A stretch of 64,000 nucleotides of DNA, from contig JAXLNO010000067.1 in NCBI GenBank assembly GCA_038087875.1, positions 1-64,000 of the forward strand. The letters run 5' to 3'. The stretch comes from Malacoraja senta. Taxonomy: Eukaryota. The translations under genes were made by a program, and so were the position numbers. The notes under the pieces are model-generated. The model made no database searches. It was given only the letters and a program-made list of their open reading frames with translations, and had not been told where the DNA came from. Shown piece after piece: positions 37,816 through 50,022 of the stretch (within the stretch, counting starts at the first letter, position 1; each line of letters begins with the position of its first letter).

Positions 37816-39224
37816 GGAGCATAGGGTTCATTTTCCCACACAAGCCAGAGGTGAATGGGCAATCTGAACCCAAGCACCAAGTTGAAAGCGGCCGAAGGTG
37901 TGCATCGCTCGGGACAGCCGCCACTCTCGCACGGTCACCCTCCGCGGGCTGCGGGTCGGGTGGAGCGGAGGTTTGGGACAATGTTCATGCCTTCACAGTG
38001 ATGTGATGGACGCGGGGGTCTGGACCAATCGCTGACAAGTTCCGCCCCCCGGCAACGACAAGTCCGTGATTGGACTTTTCTGTTGAGCGGCAGTCGGTTC
38101 TTTGGCCTGTAGGCGACGCCGCCTTTCTGGTAGGTGGGGTTTCGATAGAGCGGCCATTCGGTAAATTTGCTTTTAGGCGACGCAGCTTTTCGGTTCCTTG
38201 GGATTTAGGCGTCCCGCCCTTTCGGTTAGTTTGCATTTAGGCGTCCCATCCTTTCGGTTAGTAGGCGTTTCGTCTTCGGACTCTTTCGGTTTATTGGCGT
38301 TTTTGCCTCGTTTCCATTCCATTCTTTGGCTTCGACTTCTTTGCTTCGGCTTCTTGTCTGTCGGCGCCACGTCCGGGTACCATGCCAGACATGCCAGACA
38401 TGTAGAGGTGGTGCTGCTGCCACATAACTCCTGTGACCCATGTTTCATGCTAATGTTTGATGCTGTCTGTTGGGAGTTTGCACGCTCTCCATATGACTTT
38501 TGGGGTTTCTGTCAGTTTCGCTGGTTTCCTTCCATACTCACATGTTAACTGACCACTGTAAATGATCACTCGTGTAAGTAGGTGTAAGTGAGAGGCATGA
38601 GGCTGAGTCAGTAAATCATCAGAGGGATGGGGGAATGAGTGACAAGAATGCGTCATGAGACAGCACAGACTCGGTGGGGTAAATGGCTTCTTTCTGAGTC
38701 TAAAGAAAACGTGAATAACTAATAAATAACCTTTAATAAAAAGACTTACAGCACAACTGACTGACATAGCTGAAAGTGGAAACATTTTACTTTCTGTAGA
38801 TCCTGGTCTTAAAACATTGGGTCTTAACATTTTCATACGATCTCATGAATTATTTGTGACATAGTCACAGTCATACAGCGTGAAAATATGCCCTGTGGCC
38901 CAACTTGTCCATACTGCCCATAATGCCCAATCTATGCTAGTCCTACCTGCCTGCGTTTGGCCCATATCCTTCTAAACATTGTATACCTATACCTGTCCAC
39001 ATGTTTTTTAAATGTTATGATAGTACCTGCCTTAACTACCTCCTTCAGCAGCTCATACGATATACTTATCATCTTTTGTGTACAAAAGTTGCCTCAGATT
39101 CCTATTAAATCTTATCCCCCCCTCACCTTAAACCTGTCCTCTGGTTCTTGATTTCCCTACTCTGGGCAAAAGACACCCTGCATTTTCCCTATCTATTCTT
39201 CTCATGATCTTATACACCCCTAGA

Positions 39225-42200
39225 AGGGTGCAGTTAACATGGGTGACATTAATCTACATATAGATTGGGCCAACCAAATTGGTAGCAGCGGTGAGGAGGA
39301 GGATTTCCTGGAATGTATACGGGATGGTTTTTAAACCGATATGCAGAAGAACCGACTAGAGGATAGGCCATGCATATTGTGCAATGAGGAAGGATTAGTT
39401 AGCGATCTTGTTGAGCAAAGCTTCTTGGGCAACAGTGACCATAATATGGTGGAATTCTCCATTAGGATGGAAAGTGACATGGTCAATTCAGAGACTAGGG
39501 TCCTGAACTTAAAGAAAGGAGACTTGGAAGGTATGAGATGGGATAGATTGTCAAATTATACTTAAAGGGTTGAGGTTCAATTTATATTCAAGGATGGTGT
39601 GTTGCCTCCCTGGTGCCAGGATCCAGGACATCAAGGACCGATTGCAGGGTATCCTCAAGGGTGAAGGTGAGAAGCCGGAAGTGGTAGTGCATGTCGGCAC
39701 AAAGGAGGAAGAGGAAATCGATCCTGTAGCGTGACTTCAGAGAGCTCGGAAGAAGGCTGAAAAGCAGGAATTCAGGGTGGTTGTACAAAAGGGCCGGGTT
39801 GCACCTTAACGGGTTGCTGGTAGGGGACCAGCATTCTGGCAGGCAGGTTTGCCACTGCTACACGGGTGGGTTTAAACTAAATAGTGAGGGGGGGGAGGAG
39901 ACAAATTGGAAATACAAGTATGGAGTTAAAGGGAAAGAGTGTATAGGAAAAGTTAAGAAAGACACCAGAATTAACTAGGCAGAAAGCTCATGAAGGGATA
40001 GGAGAGTATGGCCAAGTGAAATAGGAATCGATGTGAAAGGTGAGGTGAGTAATGGATTAGAAGCATTATATATGAATGCACAAAGTATAAGAAGTAAAGT
40101 GGATGAGCTTGGAGATATTGGTAGATATGACCTTATGGGGATTACAGAGACATGGCTGCAAGAGGATCGGGAATGTGAACTGAATATTCAGGGTTATCCG
40201 TCCAATAGAAAGGACAGGCAGGTGGGCAGAGGAGGTGGGGTAGCTCTGTTGGTGAGGGATGAGATTCAGCCCCTTGCAAGGGGTAACATAGGGAATGACG
40301 ATGTAGAGTCACTGTGGATAGAATTGAGGAATTGTAAAGGGAAGAAGACACTAATGGGGGTTATCGACAGACCCCCAAGCAGCAGCCTGGATACAGGGTG
40401 CAAGTTGCAGCAGGAGTTAAAATTGGCATGGAACTAAGGTAATGCCACTGTGGTTATGAGAGATTTCAATATGCAGGTAGACTGGGAAAATTAGGTTTGT
40501 TCTGGACCCCAAGAAAGGGAGTTTGTAGAGTGCCTCCGAGATGGATTCTTAGAGCAGCTTGTACTGGAGCCTACCAGAGAGAAGGCAATTCTGGATTTAG
40601 TGTTGTCCAATCAACAAGATTTAATAAGGGAACTTAAGGTAAAGGAACCACTAGGAGGTAGTGACCATAATATGATAAGTTTTAATCTGCAATTTGAGAG
40701 GGAGAAGGTTAAATCAGAAGTGTCAGAGTTGCAGTTGAACAAAGGGGACTATGAAGGCATGAGAGTGGAGCTGGCCAAGGTCAACTAAAAAATGATCCTT
40801 GCAGGAATGACGGTGAAACAGCAATGGCAGGAATTTCTGGGCATAATCCCGAAGATGCAGGATCATTTCATTCCAAAGAGGAAGAAAGATTCTAAGGGGA
40901 GAAAGAGGCAACCGTGGCTGACAAGGGAAGTTAGGGATGGAATATAACTAAAGGAAATGAATGGCGGTACTGGCTCGAAGGGCTGAATGGCCTCCTCCTG
41001 CACCTATTTTCTATAACATAGTAAAGAGTAATGGGAAGCCAGAGGATTGGCAAACTTTCAAAGGACAACAGAAGGTAACAAACAGGGCAATATGGGGTGA
41101 AAAGATGAAGTACGAGGGTAAGCTGGCCAAGAAAATAAAGGATAGTAAAAGCTTCTTTAGAGTATGTTAAGAGAAAAAGATTAGTAAAGACAAATGTGGG
41201 TCCCTTGAAGGCAGAAACTGGTGAAATTATTATGGGGATCAAGGATATGGCAGAAGAGTTGAACAGGTACTTTGGTTCTGTCCTCACTAAGGAAGAAACA
41301 AAGAATCTCCCAGATGTACTAGAGGACAGAGGATCTAGAGGAACTGAAATAAATTTGTATTAGGCAAGAAATAGTATTGGGTAGACTGATGGGACTGAAA
41401 GCTGATATATCCCCAGAGCCTGATGATCTGCATCCTAGGGTACTCAAGGAGGTGGCTCTAGAAATTGTGGATGCATTGGTGATCATTTTCCAATGTTCTA
41501 GAGATTCAGGATCCTTTCCTGTGGATTGGAGGGTAGCTAATGTTATTCCCCTTTTCAAACAAGGAGAGAGAGAGAAAACGGGGAATTATAGACCAGTTAG
41601 CCTGACGTCGGTGGTGGGGAAGATGCTGGAGTCAATTATTAAAGAAGTAATAATGGTGCATTTGGATAGCAGTAAAACTATTTGTCCAAGTCAGAATGGA
41701 TTTATGAAGGGGAAATCCTGCTTGACTAATGTTCTGCAATTTTTTGAGGATGTGACATGTAAAATTGGATGAAGGAAAGCCAGTGGATGTAGTGTTTCTG
41801 GACTTTCAGAAAGCCTTTGATAAGGTCCCACACAGGAGTGGGAAAAATTAGAGCACATGGTCTTAGGGGTAACGTATTGATATGGATAGAGAATTGGTTG
41901 GCAGACAGGAAACAAAGATTAGGACTAAACGGGTTAGTGTCAGAATGGCAGATAGTGGCGAGTGGAGTGCCGGAAGGGTCGGTGCTGGGGCCGCAACTAT
42001 TTACAATATATATTAATGATTAAGATGATGGGATTAAAAGTAACACTAGCAAATTTGCAGATGTCACAAAGCTGGGTGGCAGTGTGAACAGCAAAGGGGA
42101 TGCTAGGAGGTTGCAGGGTGACTTGGTCAGGTTAATTGAGTGGGCAGATGCATGGCAGATGCAGTATAATGTAGATAGATGTGAGGTTATCCACTTTGGC

Positions 42201-42960
42201 GGCAAGAACAAGGAGGCAGATGATTATATCAATTGTGTCAGATTAAGAAAAAGGGAAGTGCAACGAGACCTGGGTGTCTTTGTACACCAGGCACTGAAAA
42301 TAAACATGTAGTTACAGCAGGCAGTGAAGAAAGCTAATGGCATGTTCGCCTTCATAACAAGATGATTTGAGTATAGGAGTAAAGAGGTCCTTCTGCAGTT
42401 GTACAGGGCCCTGGTGAGATCACATCTGGAGAATTGTGTGCAGTTTTGGTCTCCTAATTTGAGGAAGGACATCCTTGCTATTGAGGCAGTGCAGCGTAGG
42501 TTCACGAGATTGATCCCTGGGATGGTGGGACTGTCATGTGAGGAAAGATTGGAAAGACTGGGCTTGTATTCACTGGAATTTAGAAGGATGAGAGGTGATC
42601 TTACAGAAACATATAAAATTATAGAAGGACTGGAGAAGCTAGATGCAGGAAAAATGTTCCCAAAGTTGGGGAAGTCCAGAACCAGGGGCCACAGTCAAAG
42701 TATAAAGGGGAGGCCATTTAAAACTGAGATGAGAAATAAACTTTTTCACCCAGAGAGTTGTGAATTTGTGTAATTCTCTGCTTCAGAAGGCAGTGGAGGC
42801 CAATTCACTGGATGTTTTCAAAAGATAATTAGATTTAGCTCTTACGGCTAAAGGAATCAAGGGATATGGTGAAAAAAGCAGGAATGGGGTACTGAGTGTA
42901 GATGATCAGCCAAGTGGCCTACTACTGCACCTATTTTTTTATGTTTCTATGTCTATGTTT
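39225..42960 (+). mobile_element. Degenerate CR1 elements: an ORF2 fragment at 39225-39575, then an ORF1 esterase remnant and decayed ORF2 through to the 3' tail
   Basis: ORFs 40033..40437 (APE), 41377..41772, 41817..42023, 42084..42311 and 42399..42773 are homologous to 44631..47930. A (tctatgtt) tail follows. Confidence 0.9.
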
Positions 42961-43321
42961 CTGTAAGATCACCCTTCATCCTCCTCTCCCCATAGTTCAG
43001 GCCCTCGCGTCCTGGCAACATCCTCATAAATGATCCCTGCACCTTTTCCAGCTTAGCATCATCTTTCCTACGACAGGGTGACTAAAACTGAATACAATAC
43101 TTGAAATGTGACCAAAACTAAACACGACCTCCCAACTTCTGTACTCAATTCTGATGAAGGCCAATGTGCCGAAAGCCTTTTTGCCCACTCTATCTATCTG
43201 TGACACTACTTTCAAGAAATGATGTAACTCAAAATGTAACAACCAACACCTGTCTGTATTGAACTCCATTAACCATTCCTCAGTCCACCTGGCCAATCGA
43301 TCAAGATCCTGCTGCAATTTA

Positions 43322-43570
43322 GTTTTAGAGATATAGCGCGGAAACAGGCCCTTCGGCCCACCGAGTCCGTGCCGACCAGCGATCCCCGCACATTAACACT
43401 ATCCTGCACACCCTAGGGACAATTTACACCTACATACCTGTACGTCTTTGGAGTGTAGGAGGAAGCCGAAGATCTCGGAGAAAACCCATGCAGGTCACGG
43501 GGAGAACGTACAACCTCCGTACAGACAGCACCCGTAGTCGGGATCGAACCCGGGTCTCCAGCGCTGTAAG
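43322..43570 (-). mobile_element. V-SINE split by the CR1 insertion; the remainder is at about 48026-48063
   Basis: The flanks rejoin as gcgctg-TAAG-gcaaaaatctaccgctgcgccaccgtgccgccc, matching the intact SINE copies. Confidence 0.85.
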
Positions 43571-43791
43571 AGGTCCGAAAGCCGTTGGAGAGGTCGCTGA
43601 GGGAGGAGCTACAACCGAGCGGTAGGACTTAAAAAGGAACCCAAATCGGCAACGTTCCACTTCAAAAACAAGTGGGTTTGAGGAAGCCGCTGATTGGTGG
43701 ACGCAGATAAGAGAGAGCAGCTGATTGGGAGTGAGATCCCTGCTGATTGTACTGTATTGTAGCAGTTTGTTTTGTATTGTAGCAGTTTGTT

Positions 43792-44814
43792 TTGTATTGT
43801 AGCAGTTTGTTTTGTATTGTAGCAGTTTGTTTTGTATTATATCAGTTTGTTTTATATTCTATCCAGGGTAAGGGGAGTATGACGGCCAGGGCAGTTTACT
43901 GTTCTGGATGTCAGATGTGGGAAGTCATGGAGTCTGTTAGCCCTCCAGACGTCCACATCTGCGCCAGGTGTATCGAGATGGGGCTCCTAATGGACCGTAT
44001 TAGGAACCTGGAGCAGCAGCTCGATGACCTCCGTCTGGTCAGGGAGAGCGAGGAAGTCATTGAGAGGAGTTACAGGGATGTGGTCACTCCAACACCACAG
44101 GAGGCAGGCAAGTGGATCACGGTTGGGAGAGGCAAGGGGCACAGGCAGGGACTAGAGAGTACCCCGGTGGCTGTACACCTTGACAATAAGTACTCCTGTT
44201 TGAGCACTGTTGGGGTGGACAGCCTACCTGGGGGTAGCGACAGCGGCCGGGCCTCCGGTATAGAGACCGGTCCTGTTGCTCAGAAGGGTAAGGAAAAGAA
44301 GAGGAGGGCAATATTAATAGGGGACTCTATAGTTAGGGGGTCAGACAGGCGATTCTGTGGACGCAGTCGGGAGACCCGGATGGTAGTTTGCCTCCCTGGT
44401 GCCAGGGTCTGTGATGTGTCCCAACGTGTCCAAGACATCCTGAAAGGGCAGGGAGAGGAGCCCGAGGTTGTGATACATATAGGTACCAATGACATAGGTA
44501 AAAAAAGAGAAGAGGTCCTGAAAGGAGAATTTAGGGAGTTAGGAGGGGAGTTAAAGAGAAGGACAGCAAAGGTAACAATCTCGGGATTACTGCCTGTACC
44601 ACGCGACAGTGAGAGTAGGAATGGAGCGAGGTGGAGGATAAATGCGTGGCTGAAGGACTGGTGCAGAAGGCAGGGATTCAAATTTCTGGATCATTGGGAC
44701 TTCTTTTGTGGAAGGTTCGACCTGTACAAAAAGGATGGGTTGCACTTGAACCTGAGGGGGACCGATATCCTGGCGGGGAGATCTGCAAAGGCTACTGGGG
44801 AGACTTTAAACTAG
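43792..44814 (+). CDS. CR1 ORF1: zinc finger/leucine zipper plus SGNH (GDSL-like) esterase; the true start may be the Met at about 43879
   Basis: CSGC...CARC, a coiled coil, then LIGDSIVRG, HIGTNDIG and DGLHLN. Confidence 0.9.
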   Translation: MYCSSLFCIVAVCFVLYQFVLYSIQGKGSMTARAVYCSGCQMWEVMESVSPPDVHICARCIEMGLLMDRIRNLEQQLDDLRLVRESEEVIERSYRDVVTPTPQEAGKWITVGRGKGHRQGLESTPVAVHLDNKYSCLSTVGVDSLPGGSDSGRASGIETGPVAQKGKEKKRRAILIGDSIVRGSDRRFCGRSRETRMVVCLPGARVCDVSQRVQDILKGQGEEPEVVIHIGTNDIGKKREEVLKGEFRELGGELKRRTAKVTISGLLPVPRDSESRNGARWRINAWLKDWCRRQGFKFLDHWDFFCGRFDLYKKDGLHLNLRGTDILAGRSAKATGETLN

Positions 44815-47800
44815 AATGGTTGGGGGGAGGGACTCAAATAGAGAATGCTATTAGACAGTGTGTGAGGCAGGAGGCAGAGAAGGAAAGCACTCAGACCCAA
44901 CATGTAGGGGGGAAAGAAGAAAACAATAATAAACAGAGAATAAGAGGTGGTGGGGTTCTTAAATGGGTGAGCAGAGAAACAGAGGGGTGTAAAATGCGGG
45001 CGGAAGCAATAGGTAGCAAGGTGAAAGGTAAAAGTGGCAGGCAGACAAATCCAGGACAAAAATCAAAAAGAGCCACTTTTCAACATAATTGTATAAGGGG
45101 TAAGAGCGTTGTAAAAACAAGTCTGAAGGCTTTGTGTCTCAATGCAAGGAGCATTCGTAATAAGGTGGATGAGTTGAACGTGCAGATAGCAATTAATGAT
45201 TATGATATAGTTGGGATCACGGAGACATGGCTCCAAGGTGACCAAGGCTGGGAGCTGAACATCCAGGGATATTCAATATTCAGGAGGGATAGAGAGAAAG
45301 GAAAAGGAGGTGGGGTGGCGTTGCTGGTTAGAGAGGAGATTAACGCAGTGGAAAGGAAGGACATTAGCTTGGAGGATGTGGAATCGGTATGGGTAGAGCT
45401 GCGAAACACTAAGGGGCAGAAAACGCTGGTGGGCGTTGTGTACAGGCCACCTAGCAGTAGTAGTGAAGTTGGGGATGGCATCAAACAGGACATTAGAAAT
45501 GCGTGCAACAAAGGCAAAACAGTTATAATGGGTGACTTCAATCTACATATAGATTGGGTGAATCAAATTGGCAGGGGTGCTGAGGAAGAGGATTTCTTGG
45601 AATGTATGAGGGATAGTTATCTAAACCAACATGTAGAGGAACCAACGAGAGAGCAGGCTATTCTAGACTGGGTATTGAGTAATGAGGAAGGGTTAGTTAG
45701 CAGACTTGTTGTGCGTGCCCCCTTGGGCAAGAGTGATCATAATATGGTTGAGTTCTTCATTAGGATGGAGAGTGACATTGTTAATTCAGAAACAACGGTT
45801 CTGAACTTAAAGAAAGGTAACTTTGAGGGTATGAGATGTGAATTGGCCAAGATTGACTGGCAATTAGTTCTAAAAGGGTTGACGGTGGATATGCAATGGA
45901 AGTCATTTAAAGACTGCATGGATGAACTACAAAAATTGTTCATCCCAGTTTGGCAAAAGAATAAATCAAGGAAGGTAGTGCATCCATGGATAACAAGGGA
46001 AATCAGGGATAGTATCAAAGCAAAAGATGATGCGTACAAATTAGCCAGAAAAAGCAGCATACCAGAGGACTGGGAGAAATTCAGAGACCAGCAGAGGAGG
46101 ACAAAGGGCTTAATTAGGAAAGGGAAAATAGATTATGAAAGGAAACTGGCAGGGAACATAAAAACTGACTGCAAAAGTTTTTATAGATATGTGAAGAGAA
46201 AGAGATTAGTTAAATCAAATGTAGGTCCCTTGCAGTCAGAAACAGGTGAATTGATCATGGGGAACAAGGATATGGCAGACCAATTGAATAACTACTTTGG
46301 TTCCGTCTTCACTAAGGAAGACATAAATAATCTGCCGGAAATAGCAGGGGGCCGCGGGTCAAAGGAGATGGAGGAACTGAGTGAAATCCAGGTTAGTCGG
46401 GAAGTGGTGTTGGGTAAATTGAATGGATTAAAGGCCGATAAATCACCAGGGCCAGATAGGCTGCATCCCAGAGTACTTAAGGAAGTAGCTCCAGAAATAG
46501 TGGATGCATTAGTGATAATTTTTCAAAACTCTTTAGATTCTGGAGTAGTTCCTGAGGATTGGAGGGTAGCAAACGTAACCCCACTTTTTAAGAAGGGAGG
46601 GAGAGAGAAAACGGGGAATTACAGACCAGTTAGTCTAACATCGGTAGTGGGGAAACTGCTAGAGTCAGTTATTAAAGATGGGATAGCAGCACATTTGGAA
46701 AGTGGTGAAATCATTGGACAAAGTCAGCATGGATTTACGAAAGGTAAATCGTGTCTGACGAATCTTATAGAATTTTTCGAGGATGTAACTAGTAGAGTGG
46801 ATAGGGGAGAACCAGTGGATGTGTTGTATCTGGACTTTCAGAAGGCTTTCGACAAGGTACCACATAAGAGATTAGGATACAAACTTAAATCACACGGTAT
46901 TGGGGGTTCAGTATTGATGTGGATAGAGAACTGGCTGGCAAACAGGAAGCAAAGAGTAGGAGTAAACGGGTCCTTTTCACAATGGCAGGCAGTGACTAGT
47001 GGGGTACCACAAGGCTCAGTGCTGGGACCCCAGCTATTTACAATTTATATTAATGATCTGGACGAGGGAATTGAAAGCAACATCTCCAAGTTTGCGGATG
47101 ACACTAAGCTGGGGGGCAGTGTTAGCTGTGAGGAGGATGCTAGGAGACTGCAAGGTGACTTGGATAGGCTGGGTGAGTGGGCAAATGTTTGGCAGATGCA
47201 GTATAATGTGGATAAATGTGAGGTTATCCACTTTGGTAGCAAAAACGGGAAGGCAGACTATTATCTAAATGGTGGCCGATTAGGAAATGGGGAGATGCAG
47301 CGAGATCTGGGTGTCATGGTACACCAGTCATTGAAAGTAGGCATGCAGGTGGAGCAGGCAGTGAAGAAAGCGAATGGTATGTTGGCCTTCATAGCAAGAG
47401 GATTTGAGTATAGGAGCAGTGAGGTTCTACTGCAGTTGTACAGGGTCTTGGTGAGACCACACCTGGAGTATTGCGTACAGTTTTGGTCTCCAAATCTGAG
47501 GAAGGACATTATAGCCATAGAGGGAGTGCAGAGAAGGTTCACCAGACTGATTCCTGGGATGTCAGGACTTTCATATGAAGAAAGACTGGATAGACTTGGC
47601 TTATACTCGCTAGAATTTAGGAGATTGAGAGGGGATCTTATAGAAACGTATAAGATTCTTATGGGGTTGGACAGGCTAGATGCAGGAAGATTGTTCCCGA
47701 TGTTGGGGAAGTCCAGGACAAGGGGTCACAGCTTAAGGATAAGGGGAAAATCCTTTAAGACCGAGATGAGGAAAAACTTTTTCACACAGAGAGTGGTGAA

Positions 47801-47930
47801 TCTCTGGAACTCTCTGCCACAGAGGGTAGTTGAGGCCAGTTCATTGGCTATATTTAAGAGGGAATTAGATGTGGCCCTTGTGGCTAAAGGGATCAGGGGG
47901 TATGGAGAGAAGGCAGGTACGGGATACTGA
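44631..47930 (+). CDS. CR1 ORF2: APE endonuclease and reverse transcriptase; the true start is probably downstream of 44631
   Basis: CLNARSI, ITETWL, MGDFN, SDH, YLDFQKAFD, GVPQGSVLGP and FADDTK, with no stops over 1099 codons. Confidence 0.95.
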   Translation: MEDKCVAEGLVQKAGIQISGSLGLLLWKVRPVQKGWVALEPEGDRYPGGEICKGYWGDFKLEWLGGGTQIENAIRQCVRQEAEKESTQTQHVGGKEENNNKQRIRGGGVLKWVSRETEGCKMRAEAIGSKVKGKSGRQTNPGQKSKRATFQHNCIRGKSVVKTSLKALCLNARSIRNKVDELNVQIAINDYDIVGITETWLQGDQGWELNIQGYSIFRRDREKGKGGGVALLVREEINAVERKDISLEDVESVWVELRNTKGQKTLVGVVYRPPSSSSEVGDGIKQDIRNACNKGKTVIMGDFNLHIDWVNQIGRGAEEEDFLECMRDSYLNQHVEEPTREQAILDWVLSNEEGLVSRLVVRAPLGKSDHNMVEFFIRMESDIVNSETTVLNLKKGNFEGMRCELAKIDWQLVLKGLTVDMQWKSFKDCMDELQKLFIPVWQKNKSRKVVHPWITREIRDSIKAKDDAYKLARKSSIPEDWEKFRDQQRRTKGLIRKGKIDYERKLAGNIKTDCKSFYRYVKRKRLVKSNVGPLQSETGELIMGNKDMADQLNNYFGSVFTKEDINNLPEIAGGRGSKEMEELSEIQVSREVVLGKLNGLKADKSPGPDRLHPRVLKEVAPEIVDALVIIFQNSLDSGVVPEDWRVANVTPLFKKGGREKTGNYRPVSLTSVVGKLLESVIKDGIAAHLESGEIIGQSQHGFTKGKSCLTNLIEFFEDVTSRVDRGEPVDVLYLDFQKAFDKVPHKRLGYKLKSHGIGGSVLMWIENWLANRKQRVGVNGSFSQWQAVTSGVPQGSVLGPQLFTIYINDLDEGIESNISKFADDTKLGGSVSCEEDARRLQGDLDRLGEWANVWQMQYNVDKCEVIHFGSKNGKADYYLNGGRLGNGEMQRDLGVMVHQSLKVGMQVEQAVKKANGMLAFIARGFEYRSSEVLLQLYRVLVRPHLEYCVQFWSPNLRKDIIAIEGVQRRFTRLIPGMSGLSYEERLDRLGLYSLEFRRLRGDLIETYKILMGLDRLDAGRLFPMLGKSRTRGHSLRIRGKSFKTEMRKNFFTQRVVNLWNSLPQRVVEASSLAIFKRELDVALVAKGIRGYGEKAGTGY

Positions 47931-49164
47931 GTTGGATGATCAGCCATGATCGTATTGAATGGCGGTGCAGGCTCGAAGGGCCGAATGGCCTACTCCTGCA
48001 CCTAATTTCTATGTATCTATGTATCTAAGGCAAAAAATCTACCGCTGCGCCACCGTGCCGCCCTTTCTGATAACAATCTTTACTATCTACAATCCCATGC
48101 ACTTCAGTGTCCTTTGCATTCTTGTTAATCGTGGTATGTATTTTCTAATCCAAATCATTGATATAGATGACAAATATTAACGGGCCCAGCACCAAACACC
48201 ATCATCCTCTGCTTCCCTCTACAAGGCCAATATTCTATACATTCAGTTATGTCACCTTGATCTAACCTTCCAGCACAGACTACCATGTGGAAACTTTTCA
48301 AATGTCTTGCTGAAATCCATATTTTACGTCTACAGCTCTCATGTATGTTTATGTGTTCACTGAAATTTTTGATGAAACTCTACCAGCGTTTGAAATTAAA
48401 AACATTTAAGTAAGGAGATCCGGGTTCGATCCTGACTACGGGTGATGTCTGTACGGAGTTTGTATGATCTCCCCATGACCTGCGTGGGTTTTCTTCGAGA
48501 TCTTCGGCTTCCTCCTACACTCCAAGACCTACAGGTATGTAAGTAATGCAACAATGTGCTTCATGCTCCCCACTTGTCACAAAACACCTGGCAGTTTCAG
48601 CTGCACAATGAGTTTGTTCTTCTCCTTCTGTTGAGCAAGAGTTAAACTGTTTTTTTACTGAAGGAATGCATGCTTAACTTTACGTGTTTGCGATAGATTC
48701 AGTTCAAATTAATCTTCCATTAACCCATTAAATTCTTAGGTTAGGAACCTGCAGTAAGAATTTTAAGGTGAGAGAGGAATGATTTAGTTGTTTTAGTTTG
48801 GTTTTCACGTACAGGTTGGTGGGTTTATGGAACAAGCTGACAGAGGAGGTAGTTGCAGCAGGTACTATAACAACATTTAAAAGACCCCTCCCCCTCCCCC
48901 TCCCCCTCCCATTCCGTATCTGACCTCTCTGTCCTGGGTCTGCTCCATGGCCACAGCGAGCAACACCGTAAATTGGAGGAAATGCACCTCATAATCCGCT
49001 TGGGCAGTCTACATCCTGGGGGCTTGAACATTGAATTCTCCCAATTCTGCTAGCCCTTGCTGTCCCCTCCCCGTCATCAGCCATCTGGTTGTCTCCTCCC
49101 CTCCCCCAGCCCTCGGGCTCCTCCTCTGCCTTTTTCCTTTTTTGCTTTCTTCTCCCCACCCCCT

Positions 49165-49290
49165 ATCAGTCTGAAGAAGGGTTTCGGCCCGAAACGTTAC
49201 CTATTTCCTTCGCTCCATAGATGCTGCTGCACCCGCTGAGTTTCTCCAGCATTTTTGTGTACCTTCGATTTTCCAGCATCTGCAGTTCCT
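49165..49290 (+). ncRNA. Penelope-derived end with a minimal hammerhead motif
   Basis: CTGAAGA-A-GGGT TTCG GCCC-GAAA-CG-TT at 49171-49198, preceded by Penelope 3' sequence at about 48900-49165. Confidence 0.62.
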
Positions 49291-50022
49291 TCTTTAACGT
49301 TTAAAAGACATTTGGACAGGTACATGCATAGGAAAGGTTTAGAGGGAAATAGGCCAAACACGGGCAGGTGGGACTTGTGCAGATGGAGCATCTTGGTCGG
49401 CATGGGCAAGTTGGGCCGAAGGGCCTGTTCCCTTGCAATATGACTATGAGTATGACTCTATTGTACAACGATTATGACTATTGTACTGAAATGCATCTCA
49501 TTTACTCTTTAGGTTTAGACCTCAAAGATTTCTTAATTGTTATATTCTGTACAATATTGTACAGAATAATGTAATTGAAGTAAATTTTAAAGACAATTAA
49601 TTTAAGGCACAGTGGTTGCACTTATTTAAGGCTTTTTGACATTTTTCATTCTTGAAGTTTGAAAGATGGTTAATACCATTGATTTTACTTCGGAGTCACG
49701 TGAGTGACTATGTGAAGAAGACCCGTCAGGGTGCATGCGCGTCATTACGTCTGACGCATTGGCGCGAACGGCAGCAGGAAGAGGAGCTCCTGCTGCAGGT
49801 GAGTAGTTTAAATGCTCCACCAAAGTCAGGGAGACTTTGGAGGAGTTAGTAGAAAAGAGAATTGTTCCTGTGTTTTGTCCCCAGAATATAGGAATAATGG
49901 AAAAATCAACAAGGTGCAGGCGTGCTACGGACAAGGGGAGATAGAGCTGTGGGAGCGCAGTCTCTGAAAGGCAGCCTGTCACCTCTGGGGAGTCGCAAGC
50001 CGGTAGCGGTGCGGCGACAGAC

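Larger units (their letters stand above)
43571..48025 (+). mobile_element. Full-length, apparently intact CR1 LINE
   Basis: 5' UTR with 20-bp tandem repeats, two uninterrupted ORFs, a 3' hairpin region and a (TCTATGTA)n tail. Probable TAAG TSD. Confidence 0.95.

Noticed and set aside
37553..37981. Leu/Ser/Pro-rich and Arg/Glu-rich ORFs
   Set aside because: They are artefacts of the polypurine tract.
43500..43570. tRNA-like sequence as a tRNA gene
   Set aside because: It is the head of a multi-copy SINE, fused to a V-domain and a LINE-like tail.
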